A stretch of DNA of 64,000 bases, from positions 81,778,001 through 81,842,000 of the forward strand of contig NC_135661.1 of NCBI RefSeq assembly GCF_964188315.1, given 5' to 3'. How positions within the stretch are numbered: position 1 is the first letter of the stretch; each line of letters begins with the position of its first letter. Shown here one piece after another: positions 60,830 through 64,000 of this stretch. The notes under the pieces are model-generated. The model saw only the letters and a program-made list of their open reading frames with translations, was not told where the DNA came from and did no database searches. A program made the translations under genes and the position numbers. The DNA is from Podarcis muralis (taxonomy: Eukaryota).

Positions 60830-63800
60830 GTAAGAGATTTTTTTTTGGGGGGGGGTTGTCTCTGGGGAACAGAGATCCTGGCTTGATGATGGTCTGGGGA
60901 GAAGAGACCCAGAAGGACTGAGATCTATTTATTTTAAAAAATACATTTATCTATAGCATGTGGCCAGCATGACTAAGCCGCTTCTGGTGAACCAGAGCAG
61001 TGCACGGAAATGCCGTTTACCTTCCCGCTGGAGCTGTACCTATTTATCTACTTGCACTTTGATGTGCTTTCGAACTGCTAGGTTGGCAGGAGCAGGGACC
61101 GAGCAATGGGAGCTCACCCTGTTGCGGGGATTCGAACCGCCTACCTTCTGATCGGCAAGTCCTATGCTCTGTGGTTTAACCCACAGCGCCACCCACATCC
61201 CTTAGCTATAGCTATAGCTATATAATATTCTTTTACAAAATTGTACACACATAGATCCTAAACATAACAGGACTAACAAAATATGGGTTACTGGGTCGGG
61301 ACCTAAAATACCAACTGTCTTGTTTTACAGTACAGTCATACCTTGGTTCTTGAAAGGAATCCATTCCGGAAGTCCATTCGACTTCCGAAAACGTTCAAAA
61401 ACCAAGGCGCAGCTTCTGATTGGCTGCAGACGTTTGGCTTCCAAAAAATGTTCGCAAACCGGAACACTCTCTTCCGGGTTTGCGGCGTTCGGGAGCCAAA
61501 ACATTCGAGTCATAAGGCGTTTGAGAATCAAGGTACGACTGTACATACGTAATAATGAGATAATTACCGTAAACCTGTAAAATGAGTTCTTCAGCAGTTC
61601 AGCTTAGAAAACACAGAGTAATAGGAGGGAGCGAATGAGTAGTTCCTGCTTATCTATGCCATATTGAAATATAGGTTGCAGGTATTTCTCGTCTCTCTGT
61701 TGCTTTGTTTGTATATTTAATAAAATCACAACACACTGTGTAGACGTATCTGGTTTTTTCTCTCTCCACCATGGCACCTTTTCCCCCAAACAGCTTTTCC
61801 ATTACAGCTGCTTGCCAGACTATATTATACCAGGGCTCAATATTCATTAACGGCAAGGTTTTCCCCATTTCTGGCTATTGCCATTCTAGTTGCTTTCAAT
61901 AAATGTGTTATTAATTCCTTCCTTCTTAATTGGTCCATATCTGTAGTAATGAAGTAAGACTGTTACTGGGGTTATTGGGATTGTCTGAGCTACAATCTCT
62001 TTTAAAATTTCATTCCAAAATTGTTCCATTTGTGGACAGCTCCACCACATAAGTTGGTGTATAGACCTATAATTTGGCATCCATAGATGCCTCAGTGTTA
62101 AATACTATCCATTCACAATTTTTAATAAGCATTCCCTGGTAGTTGCTGACAAATATTTATATGGTGCTTTTGTCCATAAATTGCTCAATTTATCCTCTTC
62201 AATGCTTATATCTCAATTTAATTCACACCAGCTTTTTAGATTTTGCTGGGAGCAAAATGGGTTCACGAAAAGGGTTTCGTATAAAAGGGAATTTCATCCC
62301 TTAGCCATTATACGATCTCTTGTCAGCTTCTTTTCATATTCTGCTAATTTCCTTGTAGCTTCATTTTTCATTTGTGCATTTAGAAGAAATGATCTCAACC
62401 AATATCCTAACAGTGAAGTACAGCTGAGATCTAATACTGAGAGAGAAGCTGTTTTATAAGTTCTACGGCCACCTCAGTATAAAAAGCCATGCCTCCCAAA
62501 TTCTGAGATTACAATCGTATATTTTTAAAATATAAAGTTGATCGAAAATCCCCCTTTATTTGTTCTCAGGGGTGTAAGCTGGGAAGCCCCTCTTGGTTGT
62601 AAAATTGCAGGGTATGGTCTGAAGGCAGGTGGGGCCACCACTAACTTGCTGAGGCCTAGTAGGTTTCAGTCTGGTCAGTGGCTGAATTGTTGACCACCTG
62701 AGAGCCTCATGTATGGCACTTTGGGTGCCATGACAGAAGAAAGGCAGGATTTAAATATAGGAGAAAGAATAAATGAAATTACGAGGGTTTCTGTCTCCAT
62801 TACTTCTGCCTGTTCTTGGCCTGTTGAACGGAGTGACTTTCTCCTCCCCATTCCACAGCCTCCATCTTGAGCTCTTGCTTCCTGTTGACTCAAGCTGCCA
62901 GAAGGGTTAAAGCTCGGCGTCCTCATGTGAAGAAAATGGCCGCTCCTAAGCCTCCTCGTTTGCCTCAGGAGGCTGCCACGACGAATGCTTCTGTTCTTCC
63001 TCCAGCAACAACCGGGGCTCCCCCCGCGACAGCAGCTGCAGCTGCTGAAACAACCACAGGGACTCTCCCTGCAATGACAAAGGCAACAACGAACGGGACG
63101 TCTCCTGCAACGACAAACGGGACTTCTCCTGCAATGACAAACGGGACTCTCCCTGCAGTGACAAACTGGACTCTCCCTACAAGGACAACTGGGGCTCCTT
63201 CCATTCCTCCTGCAGTGCCAACTAAGACTTCTCGTCCCCGTCCTCCTCCCCGTCCCCCTGCCCCTCCACCACCTCCCCGTCCGCCCGGTCCCCCTCCCCC
63301 TCCTCCTTCAGTGACAACTAAGTCTCCCCCTCCCCCTCCTCCCCCTCTCCCTCCAGCAGTGTCAACTAAGGGTCCTCCAGCCCCTCCTCCTCCCCACCCT
63401 CCTTCCCTGAGCCCTCCTGCTGAGGGGACACCCAAGAGTCCTCCTCCTCCCAAAATCTCTCCTGCCTCTCCTGGAGCTCCCAGTAGTCCACGACCAACCG
63501 TTCCTGGTGGTCCCGGTGTTCCCACTTCGAAGCGTCCTAAGCCCGAGGATCCCATGCTACCCCCCAGAAGGGATATCATTATCAGTTTTTACCCATCGAT
63601 TCCGGTCATAGACGAGGACATCCTACTCACCTTGGATGGAGATATCAAAGGCTTTGTGGGCTGCCTTTGGAAGCGAGGGGTGGGCCCTATATCGAGGACC
63701 ATTGTGCTCTACTATACGCAGCCCAATGTCACGCTGCAATACATGTTTGGCCATACCGGTCGGGAAATTCTTAATCAGGATTGCTCTCTCCTCATCACCA

Positions 63801-63902
63801 AAATGACCTCTGAGGACACTGCTGTATATGAGGTAGAGATGGAAGTGTGGAGGAATGGGACAGAATACTCTCTCGTTGGGCGAAAATATTTGGAGGTTAC
63901 AG
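60718..63902 (+). CDS. Gene E (5' part): CEACAM-like protein with Thr/Pro-rich N-terminal insert before the IgV domain; continues beyond window
   Basis: Leader exon 60718-60829 (MPVNLPPER...RSCLVLLLA, G|GTAAGA) and 1044-nt exon 62859-63902, phase 1-1, open frame. Confidence 0.85.
60957..61202 (-). mobile_element. Sauria SINE, partial
   Basis: 5' two-thirds of consensus. Confidence 0.85.
61333..61541. mobile_element. TcMar-like MITE
   Basis: TA|CAGTCATACCTTGGTTCT...AATCAAGGTACGACTG|TA. Confidence 0.82.
61700..62460 (-). mobile_element. L1-clade LINE fragment, degenerate
   Basis: HQLMWWSCPQMEQFWNEI similarity. Confidence 0.6.
62859..63902 (+). CDS. Gene E exon 2 (signal end + Thr/Pro-rich region + IgV N domain)
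   Basis: Acceptor TTCCACAG|CC, donor CAG|GTAAC; ASILSSCFLLTQA...PPRR-DIIISF...GCLWKRG...HTGRE...DCSLLITKMTSEDTAVY. Confidence 0.92.
63085..63180 (+). repeat. 24-bp coding tandem repeat (TTNGTSPA-type, 4 units)
   Basis: ACAAACGGGACTTCTCCTGCA units in gene E exon 2. Confidence 0.85.
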
Positions 63903-64000
63903 GTAACTCCTTTTTGGGCCCTTCTTTCCTCTAGAACAGGTGCGAAAGACGATCAAGCTTAAATGGAATGCTTGGTTTAGGAGCACCTCCATCAAGGCGA

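Noticed and set aside
62965-63579. 204-aa Gly-rich ORF on the minus strand
   Set aside because: Antisense shadow of the polyproline-coding exon of gene E.

Overview
Vertebrate genomic DNA, most likely a lacertid-type lizard (inferred from Sauria/Squam1 SINEs, Bov-B, L1, L2, CR1, Rex1 and TcMar MITEs). It has three N gaps. The window holds a cluster of CEACAM-like immunoglobulin-superfamily receptor genes that I reconstructed exon by exon from GT-AG sites and consistent intron phases. On the minus strand are genes A (330-9218) and B (11564-20564), a recent ~11.2-kb tandem duplicate pair. Each encodes leader-IgV(N)-IgC-TM and a tail with YENV plus a complete ITAM (YETL-x7-YEEI). Gene C (23119-36679, minus) has the same architecture, but its ITAM exons have decayed and its TM carries a lysine. 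A frameshifted orphan N exon lies at ~41 kb. On the plus strand, head-to-head with these, are gene D (43008-~54135), a single-IgV receptor with a candidate tyrosine-free micro-exon tail, and gene E (60718 to beyond the window end), whose N exon has a ~225-aa Thr/Pro-rich insert between signal peptide and IgV domain. All six N domains lack the canonical B-F disulfide and share a non-canonical Cys pair. The window also contains a TSD-flanked U2 snRNA/Bov-B chimeric retrocopy and two solo LTRs. Gene models are hand-made and not validated by transcripts; specific orthology and novelty could not be checked.
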